64,000 nt of DNA from Candidatus Poribacteria bacterium (GCA_965218095.1 OZ244587.1:704001-768000); one strand, 5' to 3'; shown: positions 18,719 to 28,151, counted from the first letter of the stretch. The notes: a model not told the origin generated them from the letters alone. Numbers and translations are program-made.

Positions 18719-19607
18719 GTAAACCCTTGACTCGAACCGAAGTCAACGAGAAGAAATTCAGACGCCTCAATGATAAATCCCTGCAATAGCTACTAATTCA
18801 TCGCTTTATCAATTCTTACGGTTATGACAAAGGAGAAGTCACGGCGGCTGTCATTGTTGATGACATTGTCAAAACCATTGAAGGCTATTTCTTGATTGCC
18901 CTCCCCCTTGAGAAACTCGCCACAGGAGACCAAATCCCTAATCAGCGAATGCTCAGTTATGGGCAATTGGTCTGGATGGCTGTGCCGATTGATGAATACC
19001 CACAAAAAGGGAAGTCAATCGTCAAAACCGCTATGAAGCCGGTTGTTCTGACCTACCTCGCTTCTGAGGATATTGAATCCTTTCGCAACGGTTTTACTTC
19101 CCGGCAACTCAGAATCAATTGATTAGTCCGATGGTGTTATCAAGCCTATGACCAAGGCGCATTATTGACCCAACTCGACCTAGCTGTGTTGCTCAATATC
19201 TGTGATGCCATCGTCAGCGACTATGTCAATGAGTGGCAAAAAAATAGTGGAAAACTCTTGCCCACCCGGGGCAATATCCATGATTTATCGGGAGCGATTA
19301 CCCACAAGAAAGAGATTGTTACCCTCTATCTCCAAGGGCATCTGCTGCCAAAACCAGCCACTCTAAAGAAGCGGTTGACCGATACATTCGCGATTATGAG
19401 TCCGTTAAGACGGTTCGTGCCGCTACGGAGGATATTGACAAAATCTCTCAGATTACCCGGCTCTCCAAACGCGTCATCTCTCAATATCTTGACCTGATTC
19501 CTCAACATTCGCTTGATGACATGGACGCTAACTTAGCAACCGAATCAGAAAGCTGTAAAGATGCCAACACCCTGTTCCGTTCCGAACCTACAGGAGACCC
19601 CCAATGA
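18715..19607 (+). pseudogene. Second DUF1670-like gene, inactivated
   Basis: ATGA-coupled start at 18715; in-frame TAG (18787) and TGA (19120); frameshift near 19345. Motifs QAYDQGALLTQLDLA, PTRGNIHDLSGAITHK, HSKEAVDRYIRDY. Confidence 0.8.
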
Positions 19608-19674
19608 TAAAATCGGACAAACGTTGCTTAGCGTTTTGCCCAACAAAACATCGTAATTTTACTTGAAGATTGGT

Positions 19675-19703
19675 TTGACACCCGCTATCTTTTTTGCTAT
19701 ACT
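19675..19703 (+). promoter_or_regulatory. Near-consensus sigma70 promoter pointing out of the DUF1670 element
   Basis: TTGACA-17 bp-TATACT. Confidence 0.7.
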
Positions 19704-19833
19704 TCGTTACGCTTATATCCAAGCGTATCCATTTCTCGAAGGAGATGCGAGTTCACCCAATCCAACCCGCTCATGGGTGATGGCTGGAAGGCAATAGACA
19801 TCAGCATTCCAACCATCATCTGGTCATTTGATA

Positions 19834-22236
19834 CTATTTCAGAATCAGCATTTTCTGTGTCGCAACAAAATCACCAGCTTTGAGTACATAAAAGTACACG
19901 CCGCTGGCAGCGTGCTCTCCCAATTGAGTACGTCCGTCCCAATAGGCCGCTCTTTCTTTGGTGATGTACTGTCCCGGTGGTTTCAGACCGAGCTCTAAAG
20001 TGCGCACCAACTGCCCCGCCATATTGTAAATCTCAATCAATACGGAGGAACCCTCCGCCAACTCGTAAGGCATCCAAACGTCCGGATTGAACGGATTCGG
20101 GTAACTTTGTAGCAACCGAGTACGGATTGGGGCCGCCGGAATATTCATCTCAGGCTTGAAGGTGGGGGTAAAGCCATTCAGTCCGATGCTCGGTGTGCCC
20201 ATGATGCCAAGCGCGTTCACAGGCACAACGGCGTAATAGTAGGTGACACTCTGTGGATTAAATGAGGGACTGCTTAGATCGAATTGCGCCCGGTCCAGAT
20301 CGACATCTTGAAATATCGTTGTGTCTTCAAAGCGGGTATCCGTCGCGTTGACACGCCTGACAATGTTGATGTCGCTGTCAGGGATGCCGTTCTCATCACG
20401 GTCTGCGGCATTCAAAACCTCCGCCGCGCTCTGGAGTGGCTGCGGGTCGTCGGTATTGATGAACGCGGCGTGCCGCTTGCGGACAATAACTATCTCACGA
20501 ATATCTGTCAGATCTTCAAGCTCCCATTGTACAAGCACGCCGTTGTTGCCTTCCGAAACAGTCGGCGTTGAGAGCTTCCCAGCCGGTGGACGACCGGCCA
20601 TATAGCTCACAGAACCACCGAAATAGCCGCCACCGGGGATAACGACATGTTCGATATCCGGGCGGACGTTGATTAGGATCAGCGTAATCTTCTCAATCTC
20701 GCCCCCAAAATCTTTGAACGTGATCTGCGCTTCCTGAGAACGATGATAAGTGAACGCCTCTCGAACTTCAGTTATCCCATCGCGTCTTTCAACGATAAAC
20801 TTCGCGCCCCAACCGCGCAAACCGGTAATATCGTGCCGATCCAATTCCTGCTGAATTGCATTGCGATCCGCGAGGCTGAGAGCATCTATGTCAATCGGGG
20901 CGAGGTCTGTGCCATCAACCTTAACCGCGAATTCCTTCATCACAACACCAAGCGCAGGTTCAAAGACAATATAGCGAGCCGAGAAGGGTTCTGGCATCGC
21001 CTCTGAATCAAAATCAACGCGGACGGGATAGGCGTTATGCACATCAGTCGGATGAATGGCGACCGGCGGGAAACGGTGCCCGTTGAAGTAGTGCTGCTTG
21101 TCATCACGGTCATCAGTAAAGTAATTCCACTCGGTGAAGGTCTTAAACACCTCAACAAGCGTTGTACCGTGATCTGTGAACACCTGCGAAAAGTTACCGT
21201 ATTCGCGGAAGCTGCCTTCTGTTGTATTTCCATAAAACTGCCTGATGATATCGACATCAAATCGCTCCGCCATATAAAGCGCCCAGATCACAGCCGCGTA
21301 CTCGTGCAAACCAACGCGGCTATCAAGGGCAATGTCAGGCTGACGCAAAAAAATGTCAAGCTGTCTGGCATAGTAGTTATACGCATCGGTCTCACCAATC
21401 TCATCGGGGTCTGGGATATCGTCGAGATCGTCAATCCGTCCGCCGTCATATACCTTCGACTCAATCCATGTGGCAGAGGCTTCCATAAACCATGTTGGCA
21501 TTCGCGCATTATAGCCAAACTGAACGCCGTGGATGAACTCATGGGCGCACGTCGTTTCAATGAATCGGATGCCTTCAGATCTTCCGAAAAAGTCATATAT
21601 ACGGGAATTGATCGCGAAATAGGGGCCAAAGGTCGCAACGGTTGATAACACCCGCCCATTGTACCAGTCTACTGTTGTGAAGCCAAGCGCAGGAAACATG
21701 AACAGATATACGTCGTATTTATGATTGCCACCATTTTCAGCCACCCAAAAATCGTCAAACGGCTGCTTAAAGCCCATCAGATCCACTTCAACATGGAAAG
21801 AGCGCTCCATCGCCTCCGCACAAATATCGACGAAATCCGGGACGCCGTTCATCGGATTGAGATCTTCAAGCGGCGGTGCATTGAGGCCGACAGTGGTATA
21901 GTGGAACCGAAAGTGCGGTGTGTCAAACTTCTTGGGCAGGTAAACAGAACCGTAGGCGCTGCCGGGCAGCCCCGGGCGCAGGAAAATCCCCTGAAACTCC
22001 CGTTGATAGATCGCTGGAAGGTGATTCCAGTTTCTGGCGAGGATATTGAAGCTGTCCGTAAAGCACTTCTCAATTTCGCTGGGCGCGTAACTCGGTTTGA
22101 GGTTAATATACTTTCGGACAGTCCGAATTGCGCTATGCAGTTCCGGATCGGGGGGGAGTGCGTCAACAAATAAGGGCGTAAAGACGAAAAATCCGACGGT
22201 CAATAAAATAAATAAGCACAATCTCAAGCGGTTCAC
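19834..22236 (-). CDS. Secreted zinc metalloprotease-like protein (MXAN_6640-like) with C-terminal FlgD-Ig sorting domain
   Basis: Signal peptide; HFRFHYT, NGVPDFVD, CAHEFIHGVQ (HExxH), WFMEASATWIE. Tail LLQSYPNPFNP...YWDGR...SGVYFY...KMLILK. Confidence 0.82.
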   Translation of the reverse strand: MNRLRLCLFILLTVGFFVFTPLFVDALPPDPELHSAIRTVRKYINLKPSYAPSEIEKCFTDSFNILARNWNHLPAIYQREFQGIFLRPGLPGSAYGSVYLPKKFDTPHFRFHYTTVGLNAPPLEDLNPMNGVPDFVDICAEAMERSFHVEVDLMGFKQPFDDFWVAENGGNHKYDVYLFMFPALGFTTVDWYNGRVLSTVATFGPYFAINSRIYDFFGRSEGIRFIETTCAHEFIHGVQFGYNARMPTWFMEASATWIESKVYDGGRIDDLDDIPDPDEIGETDAYNYYARQLDIFLRQPDIALDSRVGLHEYAAVIWALYMAERFDVDIIRQFYGNTTEGSFREYGNFSQVFTDHGTTLVEVFKTFTEWNYFTDDRDDKQHYFNGHRFPPVAIHPTDVHNAYPVRVDFDSEAMPEPFSARYIVFEPALGVVMKEFAVKVDGTDLAPIDIDALSLADRNAIQQELDRHDITGLRGWGAKFIVERRDGITEVREAFTYHRSQEAQITFKDFGGEIEKITLILINVRPDIEHVVIPGGGYFGGSVSYMAGRPPAGKLSTPTVSEGNNGVLVQWELEDLTDIREIVIVRKRHAAFINTDDPQPLQSAAEVLNAADRDENGIPDSDINIVRRVNATDTRFEDTTIFQDVDLDRAQFDLSSPSFNPQSVTYYYAVVPVNALGIMGTPSIGLNGFTPTFKPEMNIPAAPIRTRLLQSYPNPFNPDVWMPYELAEGSSVLIEIYNMAGQLVRTLELGLKPPGQYITKERAAYWDGRTQLGEHAASGVYFYVLKAGDFVATQKMLILK

Positions 22237-22311
22237 TCATTTCTCCTCTAATCCTATTGTTTTGGAGAGTTCCCATTGTATCGAGACCAACTCTTACTGC
22301 GAACGTTGGGA

Positions 22312-22341
22312 ATAATAACATCTTGCCTCTTTCTTTGTCAA
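22312..22341 (-). promoter_or_regulatory. Putative sigma70 promoter for the minus-strand locus
   Basis: Minus strand TTGACA-18 bp-TATTAT with an extended TG. Confidence 0.55.
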
Positions 22342-22638
22342 CTACTTTGGATTTTTCCCATGGGACACTTTCGGAAGGTTCGTCACGTGACCGGAAATCG
22401 GCGCCGTGCGATAAAACCTTCCGAAGGTTATTTCTAACGTTTTCGCCTTTTTCTCATCCTGCATCTTATGTTATAATGAAAGAACCGATTTATCCAAAAT
22501 TTCCGCATTTTTCAGTGATTATTTTGCATGAGTGCGCGAAAGTGACTATTTTCTTGCGTTCTACCCTCTAACCTGTTTTAGCTGAGTCAAATACAAGTAA
22601 ATCATTGTTGTTGTTAAAATTTCATGTAGAGGTTTATT

Positions 22639-23454
22639 ATGCAGCCATTACAATTTGTTAAAGATAGTATCAAGAAGTTATTTTACGCCGTCTACCAGAA
22701 ACGCCTTGAGCGAGAAGCCAGCCGGTGGCAGATTCCTCATCACATCGGAATTATCCTGGACGGTAATCGCCGCCACGCGAAAGAGCAAGGCTTCTTCGAT
22801 GTCACCCAAAAGCAGTACGGACACTATGAAGGTGGGGATAAGCTAGAAGAAGTCCTCTATTGGTGCGACGAATTGGGCGTCAAGATTATTTCGATCTGGA
22901 TCTTTTCGCTCGATAACTTCGAGAATCGCGAAGAAGCTGAGGTTGCAGAGATTTTGAATGTGATCGAGACAAAAATGCGATCGCTTCTCACCATCGAAGG
23001 ACTCCACACGAATCAGATTAAGGTTCGACCCATCGGCAAGATTGAGTTGCTGCCGCCGAGTCTTCAGGAAGCCATTCGTGACGTGGAGGAAGCCACAAAG
23101 AATTATGATGAATTCATCCTGAATGTTGCTGTGGCTTATGGGGGGCGCGAGGAAATCGTCGAGGCATTCCGCAGTCACTTAAGGTCGGAGGTAGCAGCAG
23201 GTAAAGACCTCGCTCAGGTAGCAGAGGAACTCAGTGTAGGTAAGATTACCCCGCACCTCTACACTTCCAATCTACCAGATCCCGATCTGATCGTCCGAAC
23301 CAGCGGAGAAGTGCGGTTAAGCGGTTTCTTGCTCTGGCAGAGCGCATACTCAGAATACTACTTCTGCGATACATACTGGCCAGGGTTCAGAAAGATCGAC
23401 TTCCTCCGCGCAATCCGTGATTATAGCCAGCGGGAGAGGAGGTTCGGAAAATAG
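22639..23454 (+). CDS. uppS: Polyprenyl diphosphate synthase (cis-isoprenyl transferase)
   Basis: HIGIILDGNRRHA, FSLDNFENR, AYGGREEI, DPDLIVRTSGEVRLSGFLLWQSAYSE. Confidence 0.95.
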   Translation: MQPLQFVKDSIKKLFYAVYQKRLEREASRWQIPHHIGIILDGNRRHAKEQGFFDVTQKQYGHYEGGDKLEEVLYWCDELGVKIISIWIFSLDNFENREEAEVAEILNVIETKMRSLLTIEGLHTNQIKVRPIGKIELLPPSLQEAIRDVEEATKNYDEFILNVAVAYGGREEIVEAFRSHLRSEVAAGKDLAQVAEELSVGKITPHLYTSNLPDPDLIVRTSGEVRLSGFLLWQSAYSEYYFCDTYWPGFRKIDFLRAIRDYSQRERRFGK

Positions 23455-23478
23455 CTGCCTAACACTTATGCCTTCCGA

Positions 23479-24261
23479 CTACCGCCGTTGGGCGATGTCA
23501 ATAAGCGTACCACCGACAACTTTGTATTTATGAGAATCTAATCGCTCAACCTTCGCTCGTTTGGCTTTCGCGTCTACCGTTTTCTCATCGTGCATTTCCG
23601 TGATAAACTCGTAGGGCGGCGCGATGGTGAACGGCTGGATCTCACCAATCTTCGCCATTGCTGTCTTTCCACCCGCGCGGAGCAGTTCCCTCGCTTTCGC
23701 GGGCGCAAGCGATAACGCATTCGTCCGCGAGAGCCCCTTTTTCGTCATCACCGACACAATGTTCGGCGCGTACTGCTGTGCTTCGGCAATTGCTGTATCA
23801 TCGCCGCTGATGAATACCGTTGGAATGCCGAATGAACCTGCGAGTGCAGCGTTAAACCCGATTTCTCCGATCAGTTCGCCGTTGAGCCAGCAGTTGGCAA
23901 TCGCACGCGAGCTCCAACTGTGACAGAGGACACCGTGTTTTGTGTTTTCCATCGCGTGATGCCCATAGAGGAAAAGCGCGTCAAACGATTCATCCAATCC
24001 CCAGGGCGCAGAAATCGGACGACCAATTATCATCTGTACTTCCGGGTGCATCAGTTCGTAGTCGATCCCCCCGGGACCATGACCGTCTAAAAACCAGATC
24101 TTTTTCGCTCCGCCTTCCAACACGCCCTCAACAAGCGCATTGACCTCCAATGTGGCGAGGCGTTTCGCTTGTTCGTAGTATTTCGAGTCGCTATAGGTCT
24201 GTTGGTGAAAATCTACGACACCGGCTGCGCCTTCCAGGTCACCGAGTACGAATATTTTCAT
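23479..24261 (-). CDS. M55 family D-aminopeptidase (DppA-like)
   Basis: MKIFVLGDLEG, DGHG, GHHA, GVLCHS, GEIG, ISGDD; RBS AGGAG before 24261. Confidence 0.92.
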   Translation of the reverse strand: MKIFVLGDLEGAAGVVDFHQQTYSDSKYYEQAKRLATLEVNALVEGVLEGGAKKIWFLDGHGPGGIDYELMHPEVQMIIGRPISAPWGLDESFDALFLYGHHAMENTKHGVLCHSWSSRAIANCWLNGELIGEIGFNAALAGSFGIPTVFISGDDTAIAEAQQYAPNIVSVMTKKGLSRTNALSLAPAKARELLRAGGKTAMAKIGEIQPFTIAPPYEFITEMHDEKTVDAKAKRAKVERLDSHKYKVVGGTLIDIAQRR

Positions 24262-24289
24262 GTCATCTCCTTTTGATTTCAGAAATTTC

Positions 24290-24318
24290 TTGACAAGTAA
24301 TCGCAACTGTTCCATAAT
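24290..24318 (+). promoter_or_regulatory. sigma70 promoter for the 24462 gene
   Basis: TTGACA-17 bp-CATAAT. Confidence 0.65.
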
Positions 24319-24411
24319 AACTATGAAGAGATTTAACGAGATAGCCCCGCTGCGCTCAACTTGTCGATATATGTATTGCGTAAAACGTAATGTAAACTTG
24401 CAATTTTGGTT

Positions 24412-24439
24412 ATTATAGCACTGTTCGTTGATTTGTCAA
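24412..24439 (-). promoter_or_regulatory. sigma70 promoter for the M55 peptidase gene
   Basis: Minus strand TTGACA-16 bp-TATAAT with extended TG (TGcTATAAT). Confidence 0.65.
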
Positions 24440-24461
24440 TTTTTATATATGGAGGTTATAC

Positions 24462-25253
24462 ATGGGTTTCAAACTTGGCTATAGCACGTTACGCTGGCAG
24501 ACGCCTGATCTCGAACCGCTCTTGGTACAACTCAAGGAAGCGGGGTGGGACGGATGGGAGATGCGGCAATCCTTCGATTGGGTCGGCACGCCCAAGCGTG
24601 TCCGGCAGATCTGCGACAATGTCGGTTTACCCGTCGTTGTCGTGACAGCACGAGGGCTGCCGATTGACAAAAATTGGGAGCAGATGGAGATGAACAAGCG
24701 CCGGATGGACTTTGCTGCTGAAGTCGGAGCCGACTGCTTCATGTTCATGGGAGCTGGTAAGCCGAAAGATCGTCCTGTCAGTGACGACGACATTGCTGCG
24801 CTGGCAGATGTTTCGGAGGAATGGGCGGAATATGCCGGGCAGTACGATCTGGATGTATGCTACCATATTCATACCAACACGACGATTGACTCGATTGAGG
24901 ATTGGGCGAAATATATGAGCTTGCTCAGGAATTGCAAGCTGTGTATCGACGTTTCGCATTCGGCGCTATGGGGGTATGATCCCGTCGAATCGATACGTCG
25001 CTATAAGGATCAATTAATCTATGTCCACCTTCAAGACTATGCCAGCTACACCGGTGGCGACGGTGCCTCTTATGCCGTGAATTGGGTTGATGTCGGCGGT
25101 GGAACAGCAATGGATTTCCCAGCGATTATGAAAACCTTAGCGGAGATTGGGTATGATCGTTGGGTGACAGCATGCCCCGGTCAAGTCGAAGGTCGATCTG
25201 ATGAAGAAGGGATGCGAGTGAATCGGGAGTATCTTCGAGAGTTGGGCTATTAG
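24462..25253 (+). CDS. Sugar phosphate isomerase/epimerase (xylose-isomerase-like TIM barrel, IolE-like)
   Basis: GWDGWE, CYHIH, LCIDVSH, YVHLQD, GGGTAMDF, GYDRWV. Confidence 0.88.
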   Translation: MGFKLGYSTLRWQTPDLEPLLVQLKEAGWDGWEMRQSFDWVGTPKRVRQICDNVGLPVVVVTARGLPIDKNWEQMEMNKRRMDFAAEVGADCFMFMGAGKPKDRPVSDDDIAALADVSEEWAEYAGQYDLDVCYHIHTNTTIDSIEDWAKYMSLLRNCKLCIDVSHSALWGYDPVESIRRYKDQLIYVHLQDYASYTGGDGASYAVNWVDVGGGTAMDFPAIMKTLAEIGYDRWVTACPGQVEGRSDEEGMRVNREYLRELGY

Positions 25254-25288
25254 GCGTAAAACGTAATGCGTAAAACGTGAAACGTAAA
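25251..25288 (+). repeat. Degenerate heptamer tandem repeat
   Basis: taaaacg taatgcg taaaacg tgaaacg taaa, directly after the stop codon. Confidence 0.7.
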
Positions 25289-25464
25289 GATGCAGGGCTA
25301 CATTGGAATCCTTGCTTCCCTGTATTTCTGAATCTTTGATAACACAATATATGTTTTTACAGAAATCAACCTTGAAGATGAATTTGATTTCACAGGGCCT
25401 AAAAAATTCGACGCAGCGACCGGTTACCGAACACGGTCGACGCTTGTGGTACCGATGAAAAACC

Positions 25465-25713
25465 ATGAAGACAGTGTCATTGGCGTGTTATCCTTTACGA
25501 ACCTTGACGGCGAAAGACCGTCCATATAAGAAACCAATGCCGATGGAAGTTGCGCTTTCAATTTTGAAACGAGTGGCTGAAGAGGGGGACATTGACCTTG
25601 ATATTTTGGAACTCATGATCCGGGAGAAGGTACATGAGAAGTTTGAGACAGCATACGAGGCGAATCAGAATAAAAATGCCTCAGAGGAAAGTATCAAGTC
25701 GCCATTTGCCTAA
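25465..25713 (+). pseudogene. C-terminal relic of an HD-GYP phosphodiesterase
   Basis: LTAKDRPYKKPMPMEVALSILKRVAEEGDIDLDIL matches the HD-GYP C-terminal RPYK motif; the N-terminal part is missing. Confidence 0.65.
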
Positions 25714-25848
25714 CTTGATGGAAGATTGGCATGAGTTAAAGTAGAATTTCACTATATTTCCCACCGTCTTATTATCGCTCAATACGCATCACAGCCACCC
25801 CTGATCTCTCCGGGTAAAGTCACAGAGGTAGACCTTACGTTTCACACA

Positions 25849-27213
25849 TCATTCTTTGTGCACCAGTTTTTTCGTCTTCCACCGTCCCCGCCTGAACCAC
25901 AACCACATCATCACACCTTGCACAACGTTTGCCAGGGCAATGCCAATCCAGATGCCCACCATTCCCACTAGATAGGAAAGCGCGATCACCAGAATCAGCC
26001 CAATACCGAGTTGACAGATTAATGTCAGCACCATCGGGGAAACGGTATCCCCGGCGCCGTTGAGGGCGCGACCCAGCACAATGGAAACCGCGATGAATCC
26101 GAAAGTGACGGAAAGGAAACGCAGGTAGACGCTTCCAACCTGGATTACTTCTGTTTCGCCAGTGAATATCGTAATAAAGGCGCGTGGGAAAAAGAAGAGA
26201 GAAAGTCCGAGGATTGTCATAAGCGCCGTCGCCAATCCAGCGGCGAGATGGGCTGATTTCTCCGCTCTGTCGATTCGACCTGCCCCAAGATTCTGCCCCA
26301 CCATTGGCGAGACAGCGTTGGCGAATCCGAAACCCAAATGCATCACGAGGATTCGGAGTCGCATACAGATGGCGTAGGCTGCCACAGCATTGGTTCCATA
26401 AATCGCCACAACTCGAATAAACCCCAGCCGGGAGACGTGTCTCAGAAATCCTTGCATTGAACTAAAAATTCCAAGGCGCAGGATTTCGCCCATTGCTGAC
26501 AGGTCGACACGGCGTTTAACATACTTCAGCGAGATTGCGCCACGTTCGCTGAAACAGAGGTACAGGAAAATCGCAACCCCACCGCTCCGTCCGATGACGC
26601 TTGCATACGCCGATCCGGCAACTCCTAGACGCGGAAATTTCCAAATGCCAAATATCAGCAAGGGATCAAGGATGATATTCAGAAGGGTTGAGAAGATCAT
26701 GACAACCATCGGCGTAACTGCATCTCCAACCCCCCTGAAAACGGAGCCTAAAGTCATGGATACGAACATCATGATGCCGCCAAGCAATGTGATGCGCAAA
26801 TAAGGAATGCCCAGCCGTATAACTTCCTCCTCTGCTCCTAGCAGCCGCAATCCGAGTTCAGCGAGTGGATAGCCCAGACACGCAATCCCAAGCGGACATA
26901 CAACGCTCAAAATGAGCGCCTGCATCGCAATGTTCTCCCCTTGTGCTCTCTGTTTCGCGCCGATAGACTGAGAAACCATAATGACCGTCCCCATCGAAAT
27001 TCCGAGTGAAAGCACACTAATCAGCCGCTGGAGATTTGCGCTCATATCGACGGCGGAAATCGCTTCCGCTCCCAGTTTGCCAACGAAAATCATATCGACC
27101 ACACTGAAAGAATCCTGCAGAATATTGCTGAGGGCAATCGGCCAGGCAAGATGCACGAGGTTTTTGAGGATGCTCCCCTGGGTAAGGTCATGCTTGGATT
27201 TTTTCATAATCAC
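25849..27213 (-). CDS. MATE family efflux transporter
   Basis: LTQGSILKNLVHLAWPI, VDMIFVGKLG, FRGVGDAVTPM, NIILDPLLIFG, GQNLGAG; about 12 TMs. Confidence 0.95.
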   Translation of the reverse strand: MIMKKSKHDLTQGSILKNLVHLAWPIALSNILQDSFSVVDMIFVGKLGAEAISAVDMSANLQRLISVLSLGISMGTVIMVSQSIGAKQRAQGENIAMQALILSVVCPLGIACLGYPLAELGLRLLGAEEEVIRLGIPYLRITLLGGIMMFVSMTLGSVFRGVGDAVTPMVVMIFSTLLNIILDPLLIFGIWKFPRLGVAGSAYASVIGRSGGVAIFLYLCFSERGAISLKYVKRRVDLSAMGEILRLGIFSSMQGFLRHVSRLGFIRVVAIYGTNAVAAYAICMRLRILVMHLGFGFANAVSPMVGQNLGAGRIDRAEKSAHLAAGLATALMTILGLSLFFFPRAFITIFTGETEVIQVGSVYLRFLSVTFGFIAVSIVLGRALNGAGDTVSPMVLTLICQLGIGLILVIALSYLVGMVGIWIGIALANVVQGVMMWLWFRRGRWKTKKLVHKE

Positions 27214-27305
27214 TCGCTTTCTCTCCGATGTGTATTGACGAATCTTCGACGACGTAGCGCCTATCTTTGTTTAGCGAATTTAAGCAGACGAATTTAAGCA
27301 GACAA

Positions 27306-27403
27306 GTACCTGGACCAAATTTTCGCATCTTCTTAGCCGGTCAGAAACCGAGTTTTTCTGAAAAACTCGGTTTCTATGCATCCAAAAACTTACGTCCAAG
27401 TAC
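27306..27403. repeat. MITE/REP-like palindromic element
   Basis: Terminal IR GTACCTGGAC / GTCCAAGTAC around a perfect palindrome AGAAACCGAGTTTTT-ctg-AAAAACTCGGTTTCT. Confidence 0.6.
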
Positions 27404-27538
27404 ATAAAACGCGAAATGTGAAGATATTCCATTTCCCTCATTTCCCCATTTTCTGATCTTCATTTTGCCAATTTCCTCCTAATTTCGTTTTCTGATTTTC
27501 TCAACTTCAGTTTCCTAATTTTTTTCATAAAAAAACTC

Positions 27539-27624
27539 TTGACAAATTTTCAATAATCGTTTATTATATTGCTCCCTGTCGAACATATTGTATGGTAGAA
27601 AAATTTATACACAATATATTGGTG
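27539..27624 (+). promoter_or_regulatory. sigma70 promoter with tandem NrdR boxes
   Basis: TTGACA(27539)-17-TATTAT. Boxes gtcgAAcATATTGtat (27578-27593) and ACACAATATATTGGTG (27609-27624), 31 bp apart. Confidence 0.8.
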
Positions 27625-27628
27625 TTCT

Positions 27629-28099
27629 ATGAAATGTCTATACTGCGGTGAGTCAAACATAAGAGTCATCGACAAACGTGATACTGACGGAGGAAACGCC
27701 ATCCGTAGACGCCGAGAGTGTCTCCATTGCTCAAAGCGGTTTACGACGTATGAGCGGGCTGAAGTGTTAGATCTGTCCATCATCAAGAAAGATCAGCGTC
27801 GAGAGGCGTTTGATCGGCAAAAGCTGAAGCGCAATATAATGAAGGCTTGTGAGAAACGCGTAATCAGCCAGGAAACCATTGATTACCTGATTGGGCATAT
27901 TGAACAACAACTCATCAGCATGCACAAATCCGAGATCGAAAGTCATGTCATTGGTGAGCTTGTCATGGATGCCCTCAAAGGTTTGGATCAGGTGGCGTAC
28001 ATTCGGTTCGCTTCTGTCTATCGTGATTTCAAGGATGCGGCAGACTTTGAAAAAGAACTCCGTCAATTGGCACACAACGCGCAGATTAATGAAACATAG
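27629..28099 (+). CDS. nrdR: Transcriptional repressor NrdR
   Basis: MKCLYCG...VIDKR...IRRRRECLHCSKRFTTYE, ATP cone, LDQVAYIRFASVYRDF. Confidence 0.97.
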   Translation: MKCLYCGESNIRVIDKRDTDGGNAIRRRRECLHCSKRFTTYERAEVLDLSIIKKDQRREAFDRQKLKRNIMKACEKRVISQETIDYLIGHIEQQLISMHKSEIESHVIGELVMDALKGLDQVAYIRFASVYRDFKDAADFEKELRQLAHNAQINET

Positions 28100-28135
28100 G
28101 GTTCAAATAAAGCGTTGAAATAAAGGGGGAGTGTC

Positions 28136-28151
28136 AAACGATATATGGGTA
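28136..28151 (+). promoter_or_regulatory. Possible third NrdR box upstream of nrdJ
   Basis: aaaCgAtATaTgGgta fits the core C-A-AT-T-G positions. Confidence 0.45.

Larger units (their letters stand above)
15845..19834 (+). mobile_element. Inverted-repeat-bounded DUF1670 element with two nested IS elements
   Basis: Left end GTATCAAATGACCCCATGAGC (15845-15865). Right end GCTCATGG (19769-19776) plus GGTCATTTGATAC (19822-19834) is the exact 21-bp complement, split by a 45-bp hairpin. No clear TSD. Confidence 0.65.

Noticed and set aside
18715-19607. In-frame TAG and TGA as recoding or an alternative genetic code
   Set aside because: Both fit C-to-T changes (CAG, CGA), a frameshift is also present, and other genes use TAG/TGA as stops.
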